A stretch of 64,000 bases of DNA from the human T2T-CHM13v2.0 reference genome, Homo sapiens. This document shows positions 19,178 through 32,727 of the stretch, in pieces; within the stretch, counting starts at the first letter, position 1, and every line of letters begins with the position of its first letter. The DNA lies in the NCBI RefSeq assembly GCF_009914755.1, contig NC_060930.1. One strand, 5' to 3'. The notes under the pieces were generated by a model. It did no database searches. It was given only the letters and a program-made list of their open reading frames with translations, and was not told the origin of the DNA. The translations under genes and the position numbers were made by a program.

Positions 19178-20102
19178 TGGCTAAACTGCTTCCCCACTTC
19201 TGCCTAGCTACTTTGGAAGCACAAAAGTTACCCCTTTCCATCCTTTGCCCTTCCCTGGTTGGTACATCTAGTTACGAGATAGACGGGCACCACTTAACAA
19301 ATCACTCCCTTTTGACTACAGGTTGTTTCTCTTCCATATTTGATGAGGCTGGCAACGGCTCCCGAATCTTGGCCTAGCACATCACAAATTGGGAAGCTAA
19401 AGCTTTAGCTTAGAATGCCAAGTGACAAGGACATGGCTGAAGCAGGAGGGGCAATTCTGGAACAAGTGCCTCTGGGCAAACCTCACAACCGAGGTTTTTA
19501 AATTAGTGGTCATTTTCTAGAACTAGAGAACACATTCAGGACAAACAGTTCTGATGGGAGAGGGAATGGCTATGAGTACATAGAGATCAGGCTGTGACCG
19601 TGACCATAACTTGTACTCATCCAGGACCTGACAGATCTTTGATTAGGCAAACATTGAGTTTTAAAGAGGCTGTCAAGTTGAGGCCACTTGGTCCATTAGC
19701 TGGTGCAGTAAGATCACTACTCAATGTTTTTACACTGTCACAAGATTGTTCCTCTAGTAGAATAATGCCCTAGTTTCTCTGAGATGATGGAAATGGCATG
19801 ATGTTACCTAAGGCTTAGGCTTAGCTTGATTTCTGGGCCCACTGTGTGTTCTTAAGATGCCAACCTGTTGGTTTTGTTTTTAATTTTTTTTTCCATTTAA
19901 AAGGATAGTACCTACTCCCTCTAACCACCTCATCCCATTCTTGAATGACGTTTTATCCTTCGGAAAGAACAAGGCTGTGATGTAGTGACTATTGTCTGTG
20001 TCTCCTGTGTGTGTCTGTTCTTGTCATAAGTGTATATGGGGACGTTGGATGCATTCATTTTCTGTAATAAAGTTTCTTAATCACTCTTTCCAAAAAAAAA
20101 AA
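19178..20102 (+). pseudogene. EIF4B: Processed retrocopy of an mRNA 3' UTR, probably EIF4B, apparently with a 5' inversion
   Basis: Perfect 16 bp TSD agaagtacatttcatt (19162-19177, 20103-20118), AATAAA at 20066-20071, poly(A) at 20092-20102, and no TE similarity. The parent gene and the inversion (junction ~19633) rest on my recall of the EIF4B mRNA end (..ggggacgttggatgcattcattttctgtaataaagtttcttaatcactc). The retrocopy structure is more certain than the identity. Confidence 0.78.
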
Positions 20103-22194
20103 AGAAGTACATTTCATTATTATATTACCATTCTACTTCAGCACAAATATAAGGCAGGTAGGAAACACCCATAAATATTGAATGCTGCCCTTCGCTGTGA
20201 CATTGGCATAATTTATTGGAAAGTGGGTACGAAAGTTTATGCAAGGAAATAAAGGTGCCTATTGAGAAGGAAGTACCAGAGAACTCAATTACTTTTTCAG
20301 AAGAGTCACAATTATGGAAATTTAGTTGGACAAAGTGACTCCAACTAATTTCTGATTCAAAATTCTCATTGGGCAATGACCATGAGGGAACGAGGAGTCT
20401 ATGCTACTGACTCAGCACAACAGCCAAGCATTTCATGGAAGAAGGCCAGTTCCCTGAGCACATGAAGTTGACCCAGTCAGCTAGAAAATAGTGGCTAAGC
20501 TTGAAGATGAACAAAGTTCTCTCATCTTGAATTCCAAGGATGGGTGCATTGCCACAGCCTGTTCAGAAGTCTGTTTCAGTGAGGCATCACAAAGGTATGG
20601 AAAAGTATTCATCCGACTCCAAAGAAACAGTGTTTAATGGTGACATCACATTTTAGCAACCAAAAAACACAATCAGATTTCATAATTCAGACATACGTCT
20701 TTTGCCTATATAAACTTCAAGATGCTTGAAAAATCAGAAAGAATACAAGCTCATGAGGGCTTGCACAATAAACTGGAAAAAAAAATAACATGTGATTATA
20801 TTTTCCCAAAATGATGCAGATGACACTGTTTAGACATGTCTGTATCATCAAATAGACTGAATTCCCTGTGTATCTAGATTGCATTTTTATTCCTTATAAT
20901 CCTAGTATTTTAAACAGTTCAATAACCTTATTGAAATAATAACTAAATATTTTCCATTCAATATCCTATAATTGATTGTTAAGAGTTTTTAAAACCTATT
21001 CATTCCAGTAACCAGACCCTAGATGCACTACTGGGTCTTTTCTTCCATCCCTTATACCTTTCCTCTTCTAATTTTAAAATCCTGGTCTGACTCATCAAAA
21101 ATACAACAGTATATACAGTTGGTTTTTTTTTTAATCTTATTAGTATATCACCTTTAAATATGAGATTATTTGGGTTTCATTAAAATATTCACAGATACAA
21201 CAAATTGGATTTTCTGCTGAACATTTAGAAAAGGAATCTGTGTTTTACCTAAATTGTGTCAGTAACTAAAGAGGGAAAACTGTTTGGTCAAAGAAGACTA
21301 CTCGGTGTTAGTCTCCAGTTCAGTTCTCCTCTGGCATGAGTTAAAGTAGATTTGAAGGAACTGTGTCCCCGCAGACATTGCTCATCCTGGCTCTTGGAAG
21401 CACTCATTTGTGTTCTACTTGACTCTAAGCAATCATTTATAAGCAGCCTACTCACAGCAAAGCATCAGTCCTCTCTCATTGCCTCAGATACATTGATCTT
21501 TGGGGAGAGGGTGACACAATTGTGAACACAAAGTAAGCAGGCTGTAAAGTGGAAATACATCACCCCCACGAAACACACATAGAAACACATAGGCATCATG
21601 TGGGATCTCTATAAATCAGGAAGAAAATCCTTTACAAGCCTCTTTCTACCTGTCAATATCTATCACCCAAAGAACTAGGAAAGCCTTAGGCAAGCAGCAA
21701 TTACTTCACACTCAGCAGGCTGGCAGGTTCACTGACACCCACCACTGGAACTGATCCCATCTGAATATTATGAATGTCTTCCTTCCAAGCTACCTGATAT
21801 AAGTGTCTGTCTCTCACCATCTCTGCTCAGATATAGAATGAAAAATGGTCAAAGTTTTAAGCTATTTTTTCATAAGACTAAGTCTGTTTAAGTTATTCTT
21901 AAAAGAAGGACTGGCCAGAGGTCCAATGATTTAGCCTCACTTATAATTTCACAAATAAGAAAGTGATCCTGGATTCACAAAACTAAGAAATCCACTTGCT
22001 ATATCCTGAGGTAAAACTTGTCAGCAGTTTTCCATCAGGACTCACAATTTTTCAGGTCCTAGAGAATCTGTTGGATATCACAAAACTCATGTCAACCCAA
22101 TAATTGGGAAATAACTGGGCTTATTATAATAGTATCTATTATAACATTTATGGGAGTAGAGTACTACATTCTGATTAATGTCAACTGATTAACA

Positions 22195-22489
22195 GCTGGG
22201 CAGAGGGCTCACACCTGTAATACCAGCACTTTGGGAGCCCGAGGTGGGTGTATCACCTGAGGTCAGGAGTTCGAGACCAGCCTGACCAACATGGTGAAAC
22301 CCAATCTCTACTAAAAATACAAAAATTAGCCAGGTGCAGTGGTGCATTCCTGTAATCCCAGATACTCAGGAGGCTGAGGCACGAGAATCACTTGAACCCG
22401 GGAGGCAGATGTTGCAGTGAGCCAAGATTACATCACTGTACTCTAGCCTGGGTGACAGAGTAAGACTCTGTGTCAAAAAAATAAATAAA
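22195..22489 (+). mobile_element. Alu (AluSx/Sz-like)
   Basis: Full Alu; TSD gtcaactgattaaca at 22180-22194 and 22490-22504. Confidence 0.97.
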
Positions 22490-23234
22490 GTCAACTGATT
22501 AACAAACACATTTGCTATTGTCACCTTTTTTACGGGTATCTCCTATATTTTCATACTTATACATGGCTCTCCCTTGATGATACCATTTCACTTGCAGTTA
22601 ACTTTAGAGCAGACCTGCCCATTTTGCTACAGCACAAATAACACATTTAGGCTTTGGTAGGATGGAAAAATCAACCATCTATTTTCTCAGGATTATCACT
22701 TTCACACCATTGCTTTTTCACTTCCATAAAGTGGAATATTGTAAAATGGAATACATATTTTTGATGATTTCATCTACACGTACCAGCTTCTACTTGACTG
22801 ATAACTATCTCGCCTTTATCAAAAACTTGGACACTGAATCAGGGGTGTTTTCTCCTGCCATAATTCTAGGTGATAGGATTTTTTTTTCTCAAGATGGTAG
22901 ATTGAAGGCATCGTTAGCCTGCCTCTCCCACTTGGAAAGACAAAATAATGTATACCGACTCATGTTGTGAACATTTTTTCCAAGACGCAGCACAGGCACT
23001 TAACAGGAAAACTGAAAGAAACCACAGACCCTTTGAAAGAAGTAGAAGGCTCCAGCTTACACTGTGAGCCAGGCAGAAAACTCTAAGTCCCAAGAGTGTG
23101 AGAGGGGAGAGACTGCCTGTGGGATATACACTCCCACTGGGAAAACTGACCATCCAGGCCTTCAGAAGAATGCTTTAACCCTACCCTGTGCAGGAGCTGA
23201 TTTAGTGAGTGGTGGGGACTATATGAGAAGGAGT

Positions 23235-24240
23235 TGACAGGGACAGGAGACAGGGAAATTCTGGACAGAAAAGGTCCCTGGTGAGGGCCCCACCCTCAAG
23301 CCAAAAAGCCTGAAACCACCTCCCAAAGTGAGACCTTACATTCCTGTTGTCCTGCTCAAATGTTGCCTTTTCCAAAACCACCCATTGCCAGCCCTGCACC
23401 CTCATGCAGTGCCCATAAAAAACCCAGGCTCAGCCAGAAGAGAGGAGAAGCAGCTGGACATCACAGACTATGGCTGGACGTTGAAGAAAAGTGGCTTAAC
23501 TTCAGAGAGACAGGTTAGAGGCATAACTTCAGAGAAGAATCCGGCCAGGGACAGCCAGACCTCAGGGGAAGATTATCTTCCCAACATATCTCCGTTAAAG
23601 CTCCTCTTCCCACTGAGAGCCACCTCTATCGGCAAAACAGTCTCCCACATTTACCATCCTTCGATTTGTTTGTGCAACCTCATTTCTCCTGGATGCCAGA
23701 CAAGAATTCGGGAACCATGAGTGCAGATGCAAAAGGCTGTCACACTGATTCTTTGCCCTTGCTGGTGGAAGGCAGCTGCCTCACGTGAAAATGTAGAGGG
23801 TCCACTGAGCTGTTAACACTTAAGCTGTCTGCAGGCAGCCAAGCTACAAGAGCACTGTAACATGCCCTCTGGGGCTTCAGGGGTCATCTCCTCCCAGATG
23901 CTGCCACAGGGCCACTATGGAGGTGTATCCGGCCGGCACCTGAACTCTTGCACCCACTCACCTGCATACTTCCTCCCACAAGTCATGGAGCACAGCGGGT
24001 CCGAGTAAGTGAAGTTCACCTCTGCTGGTGCTGGAGTGGCCAGCTCACTCCAGCAGTTACGTACTCCAGTTCACACCTCTTTCACTCACATGCTTCCTCA
24101 TGTGAAGAGTTGAGAGTACTTGTGAAGGGGGCACCCCCTTCACAAGTCTTGTAAAGGGGGGCACCCCCTTCACAAGTCCTGTAAAGGGGGGCACCCCCTT
24201 CACAAGTCCTGTGAAGGGGTCAGGGAAATATCCTGCTTCA
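23235..24240 (+). mobile_element. ERV1 solo LTR (LTR27/LTR28/LTR1 group)
   Basis: TG..CA termini (tgacagggacaggagacagggaaatt..atcctgcttca); 4 bp TSD gagt at 23231-23234 and 24241-24244. Confidence 0.85.
24118..24219. repeat. 30 bp tandem repeat (~3.3 copies) whose first unit is a perfect 14 bp-stem hairpin
   Basis: Unit gt(g/a)aaggggg(g)cacccccttcacaagtc(c/t)t; inverted repeat acttgtgaaggggg-ca-cccccttcacaagt at 24118-24147. Confidence 0.95.
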
Positions 24241-26736
24241 GAGTGGCATCAGCACATTCTTTGCATGTGCTCTCAGACTCCAGTGGAACAGAGGGAAGCC
24301 CATCCTGATCCTACCTTACAGGGAACTACAGAAGCCAGCCAGCTAACCCAGGCAGCAGTCACAGGTTGAGAGAAGTTCCTAATTAGGATTCCCAATATAA
24401 TCTTGAGTGAAGATGAACCCCTTTGGCCAGATCCAATGGGCAAGAGGGAAGTATGCTACAGCCACAGGCACAGGAGGTGGATGCCCCTGCTTCATGGGCA
24501 GACCAGGAGGGGTGTGGCCTGAAAGCCACGGTTTCCACCTCGGGCAGTTTTGAGTTCTGAGCACAGACTGCTTGGAATCCATCTAGCTGCTGCTAGTGGA
24601 ATGTTATGGCTGTCAGACCTGCCTTGCCAGCTACAAGGGAGCCGGATAGAGCATATTGCCACCTGCTACTCCCCACTACCCCCCAAAATTCTTTTGTACA
24701 ATGGAGGTAGCTGCACTCCTCCCTGGAACATTACCCCAGGGGTCAGAGAACTGCACTCTGATCCCCATTGAGACAGCTGCTTGTGCCTGCATGAAGGGAA
24801 CCAGGGCATGGACTTACCTGGCCCAGCCCTAACCTGGCTTTGCCCCTCCACCTACCTTGGTAATTTAACACAACAGACAGAAATTTTGGGGAGCTCCATG
24901 GCCTTTACCATTGACTGAGACACCAGAGTACCTCCTCAGGGAAACAAAAGGCAAGCACAAATCCCACTGCTACCACTGGAGCGGGTGCTCCTTTGCAAGT
25001 GCAACCCTCTGGCTGGAGCCCAATTTAGACAGTTCATTACAACATCTCCAGGCAGAATAACACAGTGCCCATAAAGGACAAAGCTTTTGCATGATCTCAG
25101 CTATCACCATTGTCTGCATCACTCTGGCTAACCAGGAGGTCTTGAGTCTCTCCATATGGCCAGTTTGTTACTTCTGCAACTGGCATTTGAGAAAGCCAAC
25201 ACACTAAGGCTATTTATAAGCAAGGAATCTCACAGAGTCTATGTCACTCCCCTGCTCCCCCCATCAGAGCTAGTGCTGGTACCTGCTGCTAGGAGATTTG
25301 AAGATAGGTCACATCACTGAATCCCTTGCAGACATTCCTCATCACCAGCCTGGAATGTGGCAGCCCTGCTGGGTGGCTAGACCCAGAGCAACAGCAGCAT
25401 TCACAGAAATCTGGCCCTCAGGGATTTCTCATCCTAGGGGAAGGGGAAGTGCACCACAAGGGAGCACCCTGTGTGACAAGAGAATCCAGATGCAGGCCCT
25501 CAGTCCCAGAACTTCTCTCTTGTGAGAAGTTTCTCTCAGCAGAGAGACAGGGGCATTGCTGGGCTCACTGGGGAAAGTCTACAGCTCTACCCCAATAGAC
25601 AAGCAGCCTTGATCCTCATGAAGGGTCTTGGAGAAGGAGACTTCTTCTCCCCCTTATCCACCACTGCAAACACAGCTGGAGTTTCTCCCATGGGAGCTCA
25701 GTGTGGGGGCAACTGCAGACAACCTTTCTGGAACACTTCATGGTGACTGAAACCCCACAGAAGGAATGCCCTCCAGGTTCAGGCTTGTATGAGAGGGAAA
25801 GTCACAATCCCTCACCACGTGGAACGACATCATTCCTGCAGATGAAAGCAGACATCTGTCTGATCTCAATAGCTGGAACACTGCATCGGGAGTGGAAGTA
25901 GGAAGAGGATCTCTTTCCTGCTGACCTGGTAGGAGTCGGGAGACTGGTAGGAGAACTGGGATGGCACCCTCCCTTCCCCTTGAAAAGATCTCAATGCATT
26001 GTACTTTGAGCTCCCCTGGCCACCTTTGTTATGGCTGAGACATCTGCCCACCATTGGGTATTGCATGTACCAACCTGCTTTAGCCAGCTTTATTTACCAT
26101 GGACAACATTTAACTGGCCTGAAGCCTAAACTGTTCAATCTAGTGAATAAAATATTGGGGAAAAATATAAATAAATAAGTGAGTGAGTGCACATCACTGG
26201 GGAACAACATAAGCTTCATGAGACCTCTGCACTTCTGACTCCACAGGAGACAGTGAACCTACTCACATACCAAACACATCACTACTACAACCAGCAACTG
26301 AAAAAAACCATCCTACAAGACTCTCTGTAACCAACAAACTCATAGAGTCTTCAGCACTGAACGCACCCAGAGCCAAATTAGGCTGCAATAAACTATAAAC
26401 ATTATTGTCATATCCTCAACAGGGGAAAGAAATTTAAAAACACAGTCAAATCAAAAATAAATTCAAAAATAATTAGAAATAGTTTACCCAAATGAGAAGG
26501 AACCAGAAAAATATTTCCGGCAATATGAAAAAACAGAGTTTATATAACATCCCCAGAATATCATACTAAGTCTCCAGCAATGTACTGAAACCGAGATGAA
26601 ATTTTTGAAATACCAGATAAAAAATTCTATAGGTTGATTATTAAGTTACTCACGGATATACAAGAGAATTGTAAGAATCAACGTGAAGAAATTTTTTAAA
26701 AATTAGGAATACAAACAAAAAATTTTCTAAAGAGAT

Positions 26737-28195
<1,459 letters not shown>

Positions 28196-28482
28196 TCTAA
28201 AGAGATAATTTAATGAAAAAACAATTAGAACTTCTGGAAATAAAAGACACATTTAGGGAATTACAAAATTCACTGGAAAGTTTTAAAAATAGACTAGACC
28301 AAGTAGAAGTAAGAATTTCAGAGCTCAAAGACAAGGCTTTTGAATTAATCCAGTAAGGCAATAATAAAGAAAAAAGAATTAAAAGAGATGAACAAAGTCT
28401 CCAAGAAATATGGGATTATGTAACATAGGCAAGCCTAAGAATCATTAGTGTTACTTAGGGAGCAAATAAAGCAAAAAGTTTT

Positions 28483-28648
28483 ACCTCAATAATATAACTA
28501 GTGTTGTCACTGTAGTACTACAGTCCCCAACTACTATTACCTTGCTATCTATCTTTTTGCTTAGGTCTAGTAGTAATTGTTTTATGAATCTGGGAGCTCT
28601 AGAGTTAGGTGCATATATATTTAAAATTGTTAGGATTGATATGTTCAG
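28483..28648 (-). repeat. Inverted copy of the host L1 ORF2 segment 29848-30000
   Basis: The reverse complement aligns to 29848-30000 (cccagattcataaaacaattactactagacctaag identical); flanked by aaagtttt at 28475-28482 and 28649-28656. Confidence 0.8.
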
Positions 28649-28983
28649 AAAGTTTTGAAAACTTATTTGAGGGAGTAATCAAGGAAAACTTTCTTGGCCT
28701 TCCTAGAAATACAAAAAGCTCAAATAACCCCTGGATGATTAATTGCAAAAAGGACATTTCCAAAACATATAGTCATCAGGCTATCTAAAGGCAACATGAA
28801 AGAAAGAATTCTAGGAGCAGCAAGACAAAAGTATCAGGTAACTTATAAGGGGAAAACTATCAGACTAACATCAGACTTCTCAGCAGAAACTTTACAAACC
28901 AGAAGGGACTGAAGTGCTATCTTTAGCCCCTTAAACAGAATTAGTGTCAGCCAAGAATATTTTATTCAGCAAAACTACATTTT

Positions 28984-29459
<476 letters not shown>

Positions 29460-32400
29460 TCACAGGGCCTAAAAAACAGTAACACAATGAAGAAAATGAA
29501 CTAGGTAACAATTAACTATCTGACTGGAAGCATACCTCACATCTTAATATTAACATTGAATTTAAATGGCCTGAATGCTCCACTGAAAAGATACAGATTG
29601 GCAGAAAGGATAAAAAGTTATAAACCAAATATCTGCTGTTTTCAAGAGACACATCTAACATAAGGATTCTTACAGACAAAAAGTGCAGGAGTAGGAAAAG
29701 ATATTGCACACAAATTTAAACCAAAAGTGAGCAGGGATGCCTCTTCTTATATCAAACAAAACAGTCTTTAAAGCAACAGTAGTAAAAAAAAATAGACAAA
29801 AAAAGTCACTATATAATCATAAAAGGGTCAATCCAACAAGAAGATAAAACAATCCTAAATGTATATGCACTTAACTCTAGAGATCCCAGATTCATAAAAC
29901 AATTACTACTAGACCTAAGAAAAGAGATAGAGAGCAATATAATAATACTTGGGAACTTCGGCACTACACTATCAACACTAGATATATTATTGAGGCAGAA
30001 AGTTAAAAAGAAACACTGAACTTAATCACACTGTAAAATAAATGGATACTTACAAAACAGTCTACCCAAGAAACATAAAATATACACTCTTCTCTTCGGC
30101 ACATGGAACATTCTCCAAGATAGATCATATGATAAGTATCAAAACAAGTCTCAATAAATTTTAAAAATCGAAATCATATCAAGTATCTTCTCAAACCACA
30201 GAAAAATAAAACTAGAAATTAATTCCAAAAAGAGCCCTCAAAACTATGTAATACGTGAAAATTGAATCTGCTACTGAATGATCTCGGCATTAACAATGAA
30301 ATTGAGATAAAAATTTAAAATTCTTTGAAATGAATAACAAGGGGATAAAAACCAAGGGGAAACAGCAAAAACAGTGCCAAAAGGAAAGTTTATAGAGCTA
30401 AACGCCTGCATCGAACTGTCTGAAAGATCTCAAATTGACAATGTAACACCACACCTCATGGACCTAGAGCGATGAGAACAAACCAAACCAAGAGCTAGCA
30501 GAATAGAAATAACAAAGATCAGAGCAGAACTAAAGAAACTTTAATCAAAAAAGACAATACAGAAGATAAATGAAACAACAAATTGATTCTTTGAAAATAT
30601 AAACAAAATTAACAGACCATTAGCTACATTAACCAAGAAAAGAAGAGAGAAGATTCAAATAACCTCAGTTAGAAATGAAAATGGCGACATTACAACAAAC
30701 ACCACAGAAATACAAAAGATCATTTGAGGCTACAATGAACACATCTATAACACAAATTAGAAAATCTAGAGAAAACGGATAAATTCCTGGAAACATACAA
30801 CCCTTCTAGCTTGAATCAGGAAGAAATAGAAATCCTGAACGAACAATAACAAGCAGTGAGAATGAATCAGTAATTTAGACAAAAAATGCCAACAAAAAAA
30901 TGCCCAGGGCTATATGGATTCACAGCCAGATTCTACCACACATTCAAAGAATAATTGGTACCAATCCTGCTTAAATGATTTCAAAATATTGAGAAAGAGG
31001 GAATCCTCCCTAACTCATTCTATGAAGCCAGTACCACCCTGATACCAAAGCCAGGAAAGAAGAGAACAAAAAGGAAACTACACGCCAATATCCCTTGATT
31101 AACATAGATGTAAAAATCCTCAACAAAATACTAGCAACCCAAATCCAACAGCACATCAAAAAAAAAAAAAAATTACCACAATCAAGGGGGTTTCATCCCA
31201 GGGATGCTGAGATTGTTCAATATTCAAAAATCAATAAATGTGATTTGTCACACAAACAGAATTAAAAACAAAGCCATATCATCTCAATAGATACAAAAAA
31301 ATTCAATAAAATCTAGATTTGCTTTACAGTGAAAACATTCAACAAACTAGGCATTGAAGGAACATACCTCAAAATAATGAAAGCCATATATGACAAACCT
31401 ACAGCCAACATCCCACTGAATGGGGAAAAGTTTAAAGCATTCCCCCTAAGAGCTGGAACAAGACAAACCTGCTCACTTTCACCACTTATATTCAATATAC
31501 TGGTAGATGTCCTAGCCAGAGCAATCAGGGAAGAAAAAGAAATAACGGGCATCTAAGTTGGAAAAGAGGAAGTCAAACTACCACTATTTTCCAATGATAT
31601 AATTGTTTATCTAGAAAACCCTGAAGACTCCTCCAAAAGGCTCCTAGATTTGATAAATGAATTCAGTAAATTCTTAGGTTACAGAATCATTGTACACCAA
31701 TCAGTAGCACTGCTATTAGCCAACAATGAACGAATCACATGATTTGTTCATGAGAATCACATCAAGAACTCAATCACTATTACAATAGCTAAAATATGCC
31801 TAGGAATATACTTACCCAAGGAGGTGAAACATCTCTGCAAGGAGAACTACAAAATACTGATGAAAGAAATAATAGATGACACAAACAAATGGAAATACAC
31901 CCCATGGTCATCGATTAAAAGAATCAACATAATGACAATGAACGTACTGTCCAAAGCAATCTACAGATTCAATGTGACTTCTATCAAAATACTAACACCA
32001 TTTATAACAGAATGAGAAAAAACAATGCTAAAATTTACATGGAACAATAAAACAGCCTGTGTAGCCAAAGCAATTCTAAGCAGAAAGAAGAAATCTGGAG
32101 GCACCATATTACCTGACTTCAAATTATACTACAAGGCTATAGTAAAAAAAAAAAAAAAAAAAGTACAGTATTGTCATAAAAGCATATACCTAGACCAATG
32201 GAACAGAACATGGAACACAGAATTAAAGTCAAATACTTACAACCAACTGATCTTAAGGCATACAATAACATAAGTTGAGGAAAGGACACCCTATTCAAAA
32301 AACAATGCTGGAAAAACTGGATAGCCACATGAAGAATAAAACTGGGTCCCTATCTCTCACTATATACAAAAATCAACTCAAGATGCATTAAAGATTTAAA

Positions 32401-32727
32401 ATCTAAGATGTTAAAGCATAAAAATTCTAGAAGAAAACCTAGGAAAAACTTCTGGACTTTGGCCTAGGCACAGAATTTATTACTAAGACCCCAAAAGCAA
32501 TGTAACAAAAACAATAATAAATAAATAAGACCTACATAAACTAAAATTTTCAGTAATTATCAGAGTAAACAGACAACCCACAGCATGGAAAACTGTTTGC
32601 AAACTATATTTGACAAAGTACTAATATTTAGAATCTAAAAGAAACTCAAATCAGTGAGAAAAAAGTATAATCCTATCAAAAAGTGGGCAAATGACATGAA
32701 TAAGCATTTCTCATAGGAAGATATAAA

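Noticed and set aside
24118-24219. 30 bp palindromic direct repeats resembling a CRISPR array
   Set aside because: No spacers (units are contiguous), located in a primate ERV LTR, and no cas genes.
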